A model generated the notes under the pieces. That model worked only from the letters and a program-made list of their open reading frames with translations, searched no databases and was not told the DNA's origin. A stretch of 64,000 bases of DNA from an uncultured Gammaproteobacteria bacterium (GTDB lineage: Bacteria > Patescibacteriota > Patescibacteriia > VMEV01 > CAZAJQ01). Where the stretch lies: contig CAZAJQ010000005.1 of assembly GCA_964485795.1 (NCBI GenBank), positions 4,678 to 68,677 of the forward strand, given 5' to 3'. A program made the position numbers and the translations under genes. Positions within the stretch are counted from its first letter, which is position 1, and each line of letters begins with the position of its first letter. Below, in pieces: positions 30,201 through 37,810 of the stretch.

Positions 30201-33200
30201 TCCGGGATATGAAGGATCATCAATAAAATCGTATGTACGATCAATGATATCCGCCGTAGCGACTGAATGTCCGGCGGCACCATGACTCCCATACGTATCG
30301 GCCGCCAAACTGCATTTCAAATCGCTCAACGATGGATTAAATCGAGTAGCTCCGGGACAGCCTAACCCATTCGCATCAATAAACTCTCCAGAGTCTACCG
30401 TTAAATCATTCACGACCGTCAAATCCAATTTGTTCGTCTGTGTAGCCGTGCTTGCGAAATGCGATAATTTCGAAAACCCCCCGCTCGATACCACATGTAC
30501 AGTCTTAAACGTTATCGCCGAAGGAAGTTTAATAATCCCAAAATTGATATTCAAATCAACGAGATTCGAATTTAACGCGCTAAACATCGATGGCGTATAC
30601 GTCGCATATGCGTTACCATTCCCCGTATGCATATCCATGGTGTACGTACTCGCTGTCGTGTTTCTCACCAGGACGCTGCCTCCACCTCCGCCGGGATTCA
30701 TATTCGCATAAGCAGTTCGTAACCCGGTATGTGTAATGGTTGCCGCCTCAATGTATAAACGACCGGCTCCGCCGGTTCCCGATGCAGCCGTTCTGACTGT
30801 AATTTCACCAGCCCCACTCAATGTTCCGGAAACGATAAGTTTGATACTTCCTCCCGCCCCGGATCCGCTACCGGTACCTGCTCGTATCGTTCCGCTCGCC
30901 ACGATGTTCGCTGCAGTAATTTTTATTACACCATCACCCGCGGACGTTGCTGAGCCGGATCCGGGATATTGCGGATCATCTATATAATCATAAATTCTAC
31001 TTAAAGCATTCGCTTCCGTGATACTCACCCCAACTCCTCCATGACTCCCTTCACTGTCCGCAGCCAAACTACACTTATTATCACCTCCCGCCGATGAAGG
31101 ATTGAATCGAGTCGTAGAAGGACAGCCGAGCCCATTCGCATCAATAAATTCTCCAGAGTCTACCGTTAAATCATTCACGACCGTCAAATCCAATTTGTTC
31201 GTCTGTGTAGCCGTGCTTGCGAAATGCGATAATTTCGAAAACCCCCCGCTCGATACCACATGTACAGTCTTAAACGTTATCGCCGAAGGAAGTTTAATAA
31301 TCCCAAAATTGATATTCAAATCAACGAGATTCGAATTTAACGCGCTAAACATCGATGGCGTATACGTCGCATATGCGTTACCATTCCCCGTATGCATATC
31401 CATGGTGTACGTACTCGCTGTCGTGTTTCTCACCAGGACGCTGCCTCCACCTCCGCCGGGATTCATATTCGCATAAGCAGTTCGTAACCCGGTATGTGTA
31501 ATGGTTGCCGCCTCAATGTATAAACGACCGGCTCCGCCGGTTCCCGATGCAGCCGTTCTGACTGTAATTTCACCAGCCCCACTCAATGTTCCGGAAACGA
31601 TAAGTTTGATACTTCCTCCCGCCCCGGATCCGCTACCGGTACCTGCTCGTATCGTTCCGCTCGCCACGATGTTCGCTGCAGTAATTTTTATTACACCATC
31701 ACCCGCGGACGTTGCTGAGCCGGATCCGGGATATTGCGGATCATCTATATAATCATAAATTCTACTTAAAGCATTCGCTTCCGTGATACTCACCCCAACT
31801 CCTCCATGACTCCCTTCACTGTCCGCAGCCAAACTACACTTTAAGTCTCCACTATCCGGATTAAATCTTGCACCTATTGGACAGCCTCTCCCATCGCCCG
31901 TAACCGTCCCATTCGTATTCACGGTCAACGTCTGCACCACCGTCAAATCCATCTTCCGAGTCACGGTCGCGGTTGACGGCAAATGCGTCAAACTGTTATT
32001 CGCGCCGCCCGTATCGATCATGGTGACATTTTTGAAAGTAATCGCTCCCTCCAGATTCACATGTCCAAAAGAAATCGACAAGTTCACCGTATTGGGATTG
32101 ATGGTTGCAAACATCGAGGACTTGATGAGGAGTGACCCAACAGCCAACCCACTATGATAGGTGATGCTATTCGTATCACTCGTCGTATTGCGAAGAAAAA
32201 CAGTACCTCCGCCAGTGCCGATCTTCGCCGCGCCGGCTGACCATGAAAAAGCATTCAACGTTGTCAACGAATTATCCGTTGTTCCTTGTATAAAAATTCT
32301 TCCTCCTCCTCCGGTTCCCGTGTCGGTTCTCGCTTCAACCGTGCCTGTTCCGGTGAATGATCCGGTAGCAACTAATTTAATCGCACCGCCGGCAGCATTT
32401 CCGCTCCCTCGATTCGCACGGATCGTGCCATTCACAACCATGTTTCCGCCCGCGGAAATTCTGATAACCCCGCCGCCGGCCGTTGCGTCAGACGCGCCCG
32501 ATCCAGGGTACAAAGGATTATCAATGAAATCATAAACTCGATCCTCGATGTCGGCGATTCCGACATCATTCCCTGCACCCCCGTGACTGCCTTGAGCATC
32601 GGCTAATTCGCTGCAAATAAAAGTTGTTTTATTGAATCTCTTTGAGGCTGGGCAACCCTTACCATTCGCATCAATGAATGTTCCCGCGTTCACCGTCAAA
32701 TTCCCTGTCAAAACGATGTCCATCTTTTTATACGTCGTGCTCGAATCCGAAATCGTGTGCGTCAAAATCGCCGCGTTCTGCAATGTCAAACTCGCAAACC
32801 CGTTCGCACCGGTAAAATCTCCCGTCATGTTTACCGTAATTCCGTCAATCACTATGTCGTCACCGGCAAATGTTCCCGGCGTGACCGTGCATTCTACGGC
32901 CGCGCAATTCGCCGTTTTCCAAGCGGCGTCGAGCGTCTGAATCGCGGCTATATGAAAATCTCGTTTCTTCTCTCCACTTTCTTCGAAAAACGATACATGC
33001 TCTCCTTCGTTCAAGAGATTTTCAAATATACCCATCACTTTCCCTTGCAAACCTTCTCTTTCCAGCGGTAAATATGTTTCACCGAAAAACGCCGCCGCTT
33101 CAAAAACGCTTCTTGAAGCATCCATACGACTCAAAACAAAAAAACCTCCCACCATGATGCATCCAAGGGTGAAGGTTTTTAGAATTTTTTTGAAATCTCT

Positions 33201-33257
33201 TTTTTTATTTTTACGATTCACCATAATATAAAAAAATATTCCGCGACATCCAGTCAC
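24246..33257 (-). CDS. Giant (3003 aa) multi-domain cell-surface protein. It has an N-terminal TM/signal and five Gly-rich parallel-beta-helix-like modules of about 255-380 aa. It also has four Asp-box (BNR, SxDxGxTW) repeats, two FN3-like domains and a DUF11 domain. Further along are a Pro/Glu-rich linker, an Ig-like domain, and two CarboxypepD_reg/transthyretin-like domains separated by clusters of internal TM helices.
   Basis: Single uninterrupted ORF. Motifs read from the translation: GSHGG.G...YD.IDDP.YPGSGS repeated five times; STDSGVTW / STNGGSTW / STDNGSSW / SLDGGTTF; TVTNxG-type DUF11 segment VIPGDTIVYQIQYKNVGSAKATGVVITNPI; YRLEVQKQGYAGIS and YQLQVKKTGYEPLS beta-sandwich motifs. Hydrophobic stretches appear at roughly residues 2040-2060, 2630-2680 and 2790-2860. 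The alternative start Met is at 33224. Confidence 0.8.
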   Translation of the reverse strand: MTGCRGIFFYIMVNRKNKKRDFKKILKTFTLGCIMVGGFFVLSRMDASRSVFEAAAFFGETYLPLEREGLQGKVMGIFENLLNEGEHVSFFEESGEKKRDFHIAAIQTLDAAWKTANCAAVECTVTPGTFAGDDIVIDGITVNMTGDFTGANGFASLTLQNAAILTHTISDSSTTYKKMDIVLTGNLTVNAGTFIDANGKGCPASKRFNKTTFICSELADAQGSHGGAGNDVGIADIEDRVYDFIDNPLYPGSGASDATAGGGVIRISAGGNMVVNGTIRANRGSGNAAGGAIKLVATGSFTGTGTVEARTDTGTGGGGRIFIQGTTDNSLTTLNAFSWSAGAAKIGTGGGTVFLRNTTSDTNSITYHSGLAVGSLLIKSSMFATINPNTVNLSISFGHVNLEGAITFKNVTMIDTGGANNSLTHLPSTATVTRKMDLTVVQTLTVNTNGTVTGDGRGCPIGARFNPDSGDLKCSLAADSEGSHGGVGVSITEANALSRIYDYIDDPQYPGSGSATSAGDGVIKITAANIVASGTIRAGTGSGSGAGGSIKLIVSGTLSGAGEITVRTAASGTGGAGRLYIEAATITHTGLRTAYANMNPGGGGGSVLVRNTTASTYTMDMHTGNGNAYATYTPSMFSALNSNLVDLNINFGIIKLPSAITFKTVHVVSSGGFSKLSHFASTATQTNKLDLTVVNDLTVDSGEFIDANGLGCPSTTRFNPSSAGGDNKCSLAADSEGSHGGVGVSITEANALSRIYDYIDDPQYPGSGSATSAGDGVIKITAANIVASGTIRAGTGSGSGAGGSIKLIVSGTLSGAGEITVRTAASGTGGAGRLYIEAATITHTGLRTAYANMNPGGGGGSVLVRNTTASTYTMDMHTGNGNAYATYTPSMFSALNSNLVDLNINFGIIKLPSAITFKTVHVVSSGGFSKLSHFASTATQTNKLDLTVVNDLTVDSGEFIDANGLGCPGATRFNPSLSDLKCSLAADTYGSHGAAGHSVATADIIDRTYDFIDDPSYPGSGSAAGAAGGGVIRISAGGNIVVNGTIRANRGSGDAAGGAIKLVATGSFTGTGTVEARTDTGGGGGGRIFIQGTTDNALTTLNAFSWSSGTDKAGTGGGTVLLRNTTTDTNSITYHSGLASGSIMIKSSMFATINPNTVNLAVSFGYVNLEGAITFKNVTINDPGGVGNNALTHLPSTSTVTRKLDLTVVNALTVNTNGLIDVNARGCPTARLNTANGLCDSVADTNGSHGGTGSGASGTRVYDSVENPTLPGSGGTSGNGGGIVNISATNITVSGGIRADGSGNGAGGTVKLLTSSGTITGAGTVTAGGAGNGGGGRVAIIYNAANTALGLTPSNITANGAGGGSAGTAYIDTIGSTLTSTSGTLGTTDITFNHRLFTEDTGFTNSYDITPEFSTDSGVTWTTATDGGGASEGKVGLTATAGTGTAHVFVWDASAQCSGCASALLRMRAKKNPIGDGFQIVLSGTGSGGVYATVTTPSGSQSGTIPISYTLSDVGSASTSINIEYSTNGGSTWSAATSAGGDSCRATSGSSVPCTISQTTTPNGTPSKTFQWASMTDAPNTDNSLIRIRVTPLNGGSVAGETGNFRVDNNNAPVATVTNLTSCGAVNGNITITYSLVDANSDSLSIVAQYSTDNGSSWNTATSGGGDGTSGLASSVAGVSHTFIWASATNLPSTVNSTMKFRITPSDALNGAGTAGTTNTFKLNNNNPASATITTPTSASGSSVVMNYKLIDTVVGTANITPKYSLDGGTTFVSPLTEDTAATSPASQGVTSLSTALTPGADHVYVWNTGVDFTSSQQNLIFAIEPNDGNIGVCGQTSSFNYTKGGSIPVVPSAPSGPVIGVPTPLSGSVIRWNFTDTASNETGFILEDANGNKVLDTLPNATSDLSFLEETGLKANTKYTRRVKSFNVVGSSSASNTATVYTLAEVPKGVQPIQVSDREIEIQVDGVIDVSQAQAAGYTITADVEQITEGDVLKQVQDYRGQTAYFYEAVNTSNGNIQTSGWLQKSFYKFSNLTPNTVYEFRVKTRNGDGLETVYSFKLPVKTQQINPPRMVIALNVGVIPSQQSVVSAQLGQIPEAQAAEEVVDAQLSNARETVKRAKVSGYAFQKEWGKILFIILGMVLCGLLYGVLHSMRILIKNAGLLSGRRKYTWWQKMKLVMKFKKQIVTGNPVEVFESVAKRHKNGTFFSSFGVHRRHHRLVHAWVGIASVVVMAEGILGIMFLKQGTYAQQVYADNGEEVIPGDTIVYQIQYKNVGSAKATGVVITNPISSKVGYVSGSRVQDGQNVGDGGTTAGGASVWTIGNVNVNQIGYVEFKIQLPSNVGTPGILINQASVNYAEGFNTVFSNLVMNPLNPPLDPNNPNARRAGIAVTSKYFGITESGIERSVIPPSQLPISPLPTEPCKENCPPQPEVPSEEAPPTEEVPQERVIETPVGVDIVEAPKPQTVAEVPPEPVSPPSEEAGKKPGSEPGTQPGGEGPVGGYPQGQTTFENGGIGVGELPQDATAEEQALIEEGFSITGSIDAGSEGFTMSGTATPGSEVYVTFGEYGTFRVQSDENGNWKLYVPYDEIAITSEEAQKRKSVAVTAELRKGRLRSERVTLGNASLEGLVRWKEISIPEEQSLVQITAQEAVRILKESALAVKENIQKVEKPSQVALIAIAPVVTLLNPAIAANIPHIWAYLYHFISWLLSVLGIKKKKQPWGVVYDSITKEPVSLAIVRLYSVDTATPNAKPRLISTTVTDGQGRLGFLVKEGRYRLEVQKQGYAGISKLIPAGTRADAGYEDLYLGGALTLGREGVTIRVNIPIDPTDVKEEKLAMSVLGNIWYEMKAAIRKVSGPVLWIGLTGSVLLTYGSFNLTNTVILWLYVMFGLAQKVFSPKALRSWGVVYDAATRMPIALAVINIIDAEYGKLLKSRLTDYEGRYHFLPKAGKYQLQVKKTGYEPLSEAKALRSDHPVYKANQVLDIKKDEAIVNVDVAMKKQSVL
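30395..31924. repeat. Tandem duplication inside the giant gene: two copies with a 765-bp period, about 683 bp 100% identical
   Basis: Plus-strand shadow ORFs 30736..30987 and 31501..31752 are identical in sequence. 30430..30711 matches 31195..31476. Manual comparison shows identity from about 30395-31077 vs 31160-31842. The flanking modules are diverged paralogs. Confidence 0.8.
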
Positions 33258-33364
33258 ATTTTTATCGCCCCAGTCTTTTCTCCTTTCATGGTATCATTCT
33301 TTTTCTTTTTTTTCACTCTTCTCTACTCCTTTTTCAGATGGTACTTTCAAATATCCTTTACTCT

Positions 33365-35422
33365 TCAAGGATTGGAGACAGAAGGCTGACTTTCCGTGGG
33401 AGCGATCGTATCCTCGGGAGCCGGGATGTCGATATTGATCGGGGCGTCGGGGGAAACATCGGTATCGGTGTTTACTGGAGGTTCGGTATCCGCCGCTTCG
33501 GGTTTGCTTTCATCGTTCGGAGTTCCTTCCGGCTTGTTGTCACCCTCGGTGCCTTGCGCGCCGTCAGCTCCTTCCGGAGGCAACACAGCGGGATCGGTAC
33601 CTCCGATGAGGCAAACTTCCTGCCATGGACGATAATGGCTTTGAAACGTTTCGGTATTGACTCGTCCGTCGGCGTAAACGACGGTTCGAGTAAAATATGC
33701 GTCGGCGCCATTGTGTGCGGATTCGGTGCATTTTCTTTTTCCCGCCGGCAAATCGGGAGTATAGACGATTTTCGTCGGAGGAGGACGACGGATATTGTAA
33801 ATGACGGGATCGGTTTGCTCGACCTTTCGCTTGTCCGACGTTCCCCAAAACGTAAAAATCAAATCATTTCCCTCAATGCTCGTGTGCAGCAAAAGATGCT
33901 TGCCCGTATCGTTTTTAAAACGAAAATCCGGCGCTGGATCGTAAATCGTCGCATCGGTTCCCGCCGGCTCATAATACCTCACTCGATACGAGTGATTTTT
34001 TCTTTCCAGCACCGGAAGTCCGGCATTGAGCACGGCTCGAAAAAGCGTCGTCCCGATCTGACACAAACCTCCCCCGTATTCCGGTACGGTCTTGTCGCCT
34101 TTGATGACGAGCTCGGGCAAATACCCCGACTTGGCGTTGATATCCCCGAGTGCGGCGAGCAGTGAAAATTCCTCATCGGGTTTTATCAAAATACCGGTCA
34201 ACGCATCGGCTCCCACGCTGATGTTGTGACGCCGATTTTGCGGAGATCCCCAGAAATTGGATTTTCCTCGACCCACCATTTCGCGTATGCCGAAATTGCC
34301 TTCGGTTTCGGTTTGATCGGGCGCCACGTCGAGAACGACGAGCTCCATTTCAGTTTTCGAGTTTTTCAAGATCTCATCGTTCATCCTCGTCAAAGTCGTG
34401 ACGATATCGAGCTTTCTTCCGCTTTCTTCGACGGAAAACTCTCTCACTTTTCCGCTTGAGTCGATTTCAAACTTCGCTTTTTTCGGAGATTTATTGACGC
34501 TCGCGGAAACGACGGCATTGAAATAATCCAAAGCCTTTTCGGATCCGAAGGAAAGCATCGTCTCTTCGCTTTTTTTCTCGAGAAAAAGAAACGAAACCAA
34601 TTGAGGCGCTGATACCGTAAATGATTGATCGAGGTAATGGAGACGTGTGGCGGTGAATCGGTTTGCCAGTCGCAAAATTTCTTCTCGATGTTTCTCGATA
34701 TCGCTTGCCGTCACGGCGGGATAATCATTGACGATGCGAAGCTCTACGGGAGTATTGTCAATGACTCTCAATTTTTCTCTCAAGCGCGCAAGAATATCCG
34801 GATAATGAAAATTTTTTCCCTCTTTTTCGGGAATGATGGTGATGGCTCCGTTTTCATAGTCAAAAAAAGCGTTTTGAGCCGGAGTCACCATGCCGGAAAA
34901 ATTCAGACTCAAAATCTTGAGAAGCTGTTCTTCATCGAGGGTAAATTCGGCATCATGATACGCTCCAAAGATGAAAGCGTACATCGCGTCAAACGCGCCT
35001 CTCCTTCCGCTTTGAAAAGCTTGCGAGATGGTTTCATTGTTGTGGAATTCGAGGACGTCATGGGTAATGTCCGGATCGGCGGGCGAAGTCACGATGGAGT
35101 CGATCTCGACTTTTTTCCCCTGCGCTATGAACGTAAACCCCGAAGTTTCAAAGGCACCGGTCGCATCTTGCAATTTCGCATACGCTTCATGCGGCAGCAG
35201 TCCTCCCACGGCCACATTGCCGATGAAAACGCGAGGAAAAAATCTCCCCTGATAATAATTCCAAAGCAAAAAAAAGCTTACTCCGATGCCAAAAATCATG
35301 AATATTGCGGAAACGAAAAAATACCACCACAACGGCTGGATTTGTCCGATTTTTTTTGCCTTGATTTTTTTTATAAAATCGGAAAGATGTTGACGAGAAA
35401 CGTTTCTTATTTTCTTGATCAT
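33365..35422 (-). CDS. VanW-family protein (N-terminal TM anchor, VanW domain, Pro/Asp/Glu-rich C-terminal tail)
   Basis: 685 aa. VanW core motif GGGLCQIGTTLFRAVLNAGLPVLERKNHSY. TM at residues about 40-62. Low-complexity acidic C-terminus. Confidence 0.75.
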   Translation of the reverse strand: MIKKIRNVSRQHLSDFIKKIKAKKIGQIQPLWWYFFVSAIFMIFGIGVSFFLLWNYYQGRFFPRVFIGNVAVGGLLPHEAYAKLQDATGAFETSGFTFIAQGKKVEIDSIVTSPADPDITHDVLEFHNNETISQAFQSGRRGAFDAMYAFIFGAYHDAEFTLDEEQLLKILSLNFSGMVTPAQNAFFDYENGAITIIPEKEGKNFHYPDILARLREKLRVIDNTPVELRIVNDYPAVTASDIEKHREEILRLANRFTATRLHYLDQSFTVSAPQLVSFLFLEKKSEETMLSFGSEKALDYFNAVVSASVNKSPKKAKFEIDSSGKVREFSVEESGRKLDIVTTLTRMNDEILKNSKTEMELVVLDVAPDQTETEGNFGIREMVGRGKSNFWGSPQNRRHNISVGADALTGILIKPDEEFSLLAALGDINAKSGYLPELVIKGDKTVPEYGGGLCQIGTTLFRAVLNAGLPVLERKNHSYRVRYYEPAGTDATIYDPAPDFRFKNDTGKHLLLHTSIEGNDLIFTFWGTSDKRKVEQTDPVIYNIRRPPPTKIVYTPDLPAGKRKCTESAHNGADAYFTRTVVYADGRVNTETFQSHYRPWQEVCLIGGTDPAVLPPEGADGAQGTEGDNKPEGTPNDESKPEAADTEPPVNTDTDVSPDAPINIDIPAPEDTIAPTESQPSVSNP

Positions 35423-35495
35423 TTTTTTTCAGAAAAAATCTTCATTGAAACCTTTGCCGGAATCTATCCTTGAAACGTGCAAGAATATCTGACTT

Positions 35496-35747
35496 TCAGC
35501 TTTCTTGACCGTTTTGAAGTATTTCATTGAGTACGGCCTTGGCGATATGCGCTTTTTCCTCTTCGTCGGTTTTGGCGGTGCTGATGATCAGACGTATTTC
35601 ACTGCCCTTTTTGGCGTCATCGGGAAGCTTTTTGATAGGCCAGATAACGGTCGCATCGTTTTCAAGACGCAAAACCGCGGAAGTGTCTTCAAACCGATCC
35701 ACTTTCCCCTTGATATCATAGCGCTTGTTCGATATGGAATCCATCAT
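35496..35747 (-). CDS. DUF3006-like small protein
   Basis: 83 aa. The pattern KGKVDRFEDTSAVLRLENDATVIWPIKKLP resembles the DUF3006 consensus (..DRFEG..AVLE.). Confidence 0.5.
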   Translation of the reverse strand: MMDSISNKRYDIKGKVDRFEDTSAVLRLENDATVIWPIKKLPDDAKKGSEIRLIISTAKTDEEEKAHIAKAVLNEILQNGQES

Positions 35748-35901
35748 ACCCCCATCTATTATTTACCCGCCCCAACAATGCCCCGAGTACTGAGAACTGT
35801 GAACTGAGCACTGTATACTGAGCCCTGCGTTTCCTTCATGAAGCCTGAGCAGAACATCTATTCATACCCATGATTAAGCTCCTTGTCAATCTTTGCATGC
35901 C

Positions 35902-37647
35902 TCAAGGATTTTCGTTCATGAGCTTCAAACCTCCTTCGTCAAAATACCAATAATAGATTTGCTTTCCTTGATTATGCTCCAAAAAATCTTGAGAAAACCT
36001 GACCGTCACCCGAGAGCCTCGGAAAAAACGATCGTAATCAAGTATTTCCACCTCCACATCTTGGCTTGTGATTTTTTGCGGTCCGGAGAATAAAAAATCG
36101 TCTTTTTTTGACCTCCATAGCCAACCATCGGTTATTTTTATGAATTCAAAATTTCTCATGCCGACATTTTCAGCATCAAGCACCGTATACAATGGCAGTA
36201 CAATGGCATCAAGATCGTATTTCGGATAATGATACTTCAAAGCCTGACGCAAAGAATTGCGAAAAACAGGCGCACTTTCATAACTTTCGGGGAGAAAAAG
36301 AAACACATGACCGGCGTTCGAATTTGACCTGTCAACCACCGCGCCAAACGTTTCAACGATATTTTGGGCGATGACGGCGGCGGTTTTATAATGCACAATC
36401 TTTGGAACCCCGATCCATATCCATACTATGATAAGCGCCATCAAAACCGCTGATTCAAAACACCCCGTCTTTATGCTCCGTTTCAAAGCGCGATTCTTTT
36501 CCGCGGCGATGTTTTCAAAACGTTCAATCATAGCGACCAGTGCACTGGCGATGAAAATGAAAAGCACGGCGGACGGCAAATAAAAATATCGTTCTCCCTC
36601 ATTGTTCAAAGGGTTCAAACTCAGCGGAAGATAGGGCAAAAAAGGTATGCAAAGCAATGCGATTCCGAGTACAAAATGTCGAAACAATGACCGATAAAAG
36701 GCGCCGACAAATATCGCGATTCCGGCGCATATGACGATGATATCCGTCAGATGATGAGCAATGAATGCTTGCACTCCCACTCTCCATGAACCCGTCACAA
36801 ACATATTCCCCAGCATCTGCGCCAGATGCAGGGCATAGACTCGCCACTCGAAAAAAAAGCTTTTCTCGCCGTAATACCCGAACAGTGCACCCGTGGTTTT
36901 ATAACGAATCAAAAGAAACCCGGCTATCGCAAGAAAAAAAAGTGCCGTGTCAAAAAACAACCTTCTCCTTTGCGGTGAAATTTCCTTTTTCCATATCAAG
37001 ATCCAAAGCAGCTGCAGAGGAAAACTCATGGCAATCTCCTTGGTAATCAAAGCGAGGAAATAAACAAACAGGCTCAAAAAAAAGAACGCGTTTTTTTTGC
37101 TTTCAAAATATCGCAAAAAAAGATACCAGCAAACGAGATAAAAAAACGTGGCCAATAGATGCACCAGGGCGGATATCCATACAACGGCTTCGATACTTTG
37201 AAAAAAGAAAAGAAAAGCCGCCGAAGCCGCGAAGCCCACTTTTTGAGAAAAGAGTTTTTTTCCTATCAAAAAAATCAATAATCCGTTTGCAACATGCAAA
37301 AAAACACTCGCAAGATGGAACCCCAAAGAACCTCCTCCGAAAAGCCGAGAAACGGTAAAGAAAATGAGATTCACAAGCGGAGCGTAACTGCCTCCGTCAT
37401 GATGACCGGCATAATTGGAAAAGAAAAACGTCATCGGATGTCGATCCGTGGAAGATAACAACCAGTCGTAATCGTCGGATATGAAAGGAGAGAAAAAAGC
37501 GGGAGAATAAAAAAGCATGCTGAAAAAAGCCATCCCGAGAAAAAAAACAAGTGATCCGTTTTTCAAAAAGAATGTCTTCATAAACTCGCGCAACCGCTTT
37601 TTACTCCATATTTTGGCTATCATAACAATACTTGACGCTCCATACAA
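35902..37647 (-). CDS. Polytopic membrane glycosyltransferase, GT-C fold (PMT/ArnT GT39/GT83-like)
   Basis: 581 aa, at least 10 predicted TM helices. Acidic DD motif in the first extracytoplasmic loop (SPFISDDYDWLL). Soluble C-terminal domain. Confidence 0.55.
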   Translation of the reverse strand: MYGASSIVMIAKIWSKKRLREFMKTFFLKNGSLVFFLGMAFFSMLFYSPAFFSPFISDDYDWLLSSTDRHPMTFFFSNYAGHHDGGSYAPLVNLIFFTVSRLFGGGSLGFHLASVFLHVANGLLIFLIGKKLFSQKVGFAASAAFLFFFQSIEAVVWISALVHLLATFFYLVCWYLFLRYFESKKNAFFFLSLFVYFLALITKEIAMSFPLQLLWILIWKKEISPQRRRLFFDTALFFLAIAGFLLIRYKTTGALFGYYGEKSFFFEWRVYALHLAQMLGNMFVTGSWRVGVQAFIAHHLTDIIVICAGIAIFVGAFYRSLFRHFVLGIALLCIPFLPYLPLSLNPLNNEGERYFYLPSAVLFIFIASALVAMIERFENIAAEKNRALKRSIKTGCFESAVLMALIIVWIWIGVPKIVHYKTAAVIAQNIVETFGAVVDRSNSNAGHVFLFLPESYESAPVFRNSLRQALKYHYPKYDLDAIVLPLYTVLDAENVGMRNFEFIKITDGWLWRSKKDDFLFSGPQKITSQDVEVEILDYDRFFRGSRVTVRFSQDFLEHNQGKQIYYWYFDEGGLKLMNENP

Positions 37648-37696
37648 AATTCCTTATTCTGGTTCTATTGCGGAAAAATTCGTAATTTTTTATTTT

Positions 37697-37768
37697 GCCC
37701 CTATCGTCTAGTGGTTAGGACATCAGGTTTTCATCCTGGTAACCGGGGTTCGATTCCCCGTAGGGGTG
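37697..37768 (+). tRNA. tRNA-Glu (anticodon TTC)
   Basis: GCCCCTATCGTCTAGTGGTTAGGACATCAGGTTTTCATCCTGGTAACCGGGGTTCGATTCCCCGTAGGGGTG. Anticodon loop TTTTCAT. D-loop typical of tRNA-Glu. Confidence 0.8.
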
Positions 37769-37810
37769 CAAAAAAATAGCGTAACGCTTCTATCTTCATT
37801 GATTTTCATC

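Noticed and set aside
30395-31924. Possible CRISPR array suggested by exact repeats
   Set aside because: Repeat units are about 765 bp with no short spacer-repeat periodicity, and they are in-frame coding sequence of the giant protein. No cas genes are in the window. No CRISPR array was found anywhere in the 64 kb.
29239-32940. Several 80-120-aa proline-rich ORFs on the plus strand (e.g. 29239-29475, 29989-30285, 30736-30987, 31501-31752, 32161-32535)
   Set aside because: They lie antisense to, and entirely within, the giant minus-strand gene. Their Pro/Ala/Val richness is the mirror image of its Gly/Ser/Thr-rich GGN/AGY codons. Two of them are identical only because of the tandem duplication. 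They are shadow ORFs.
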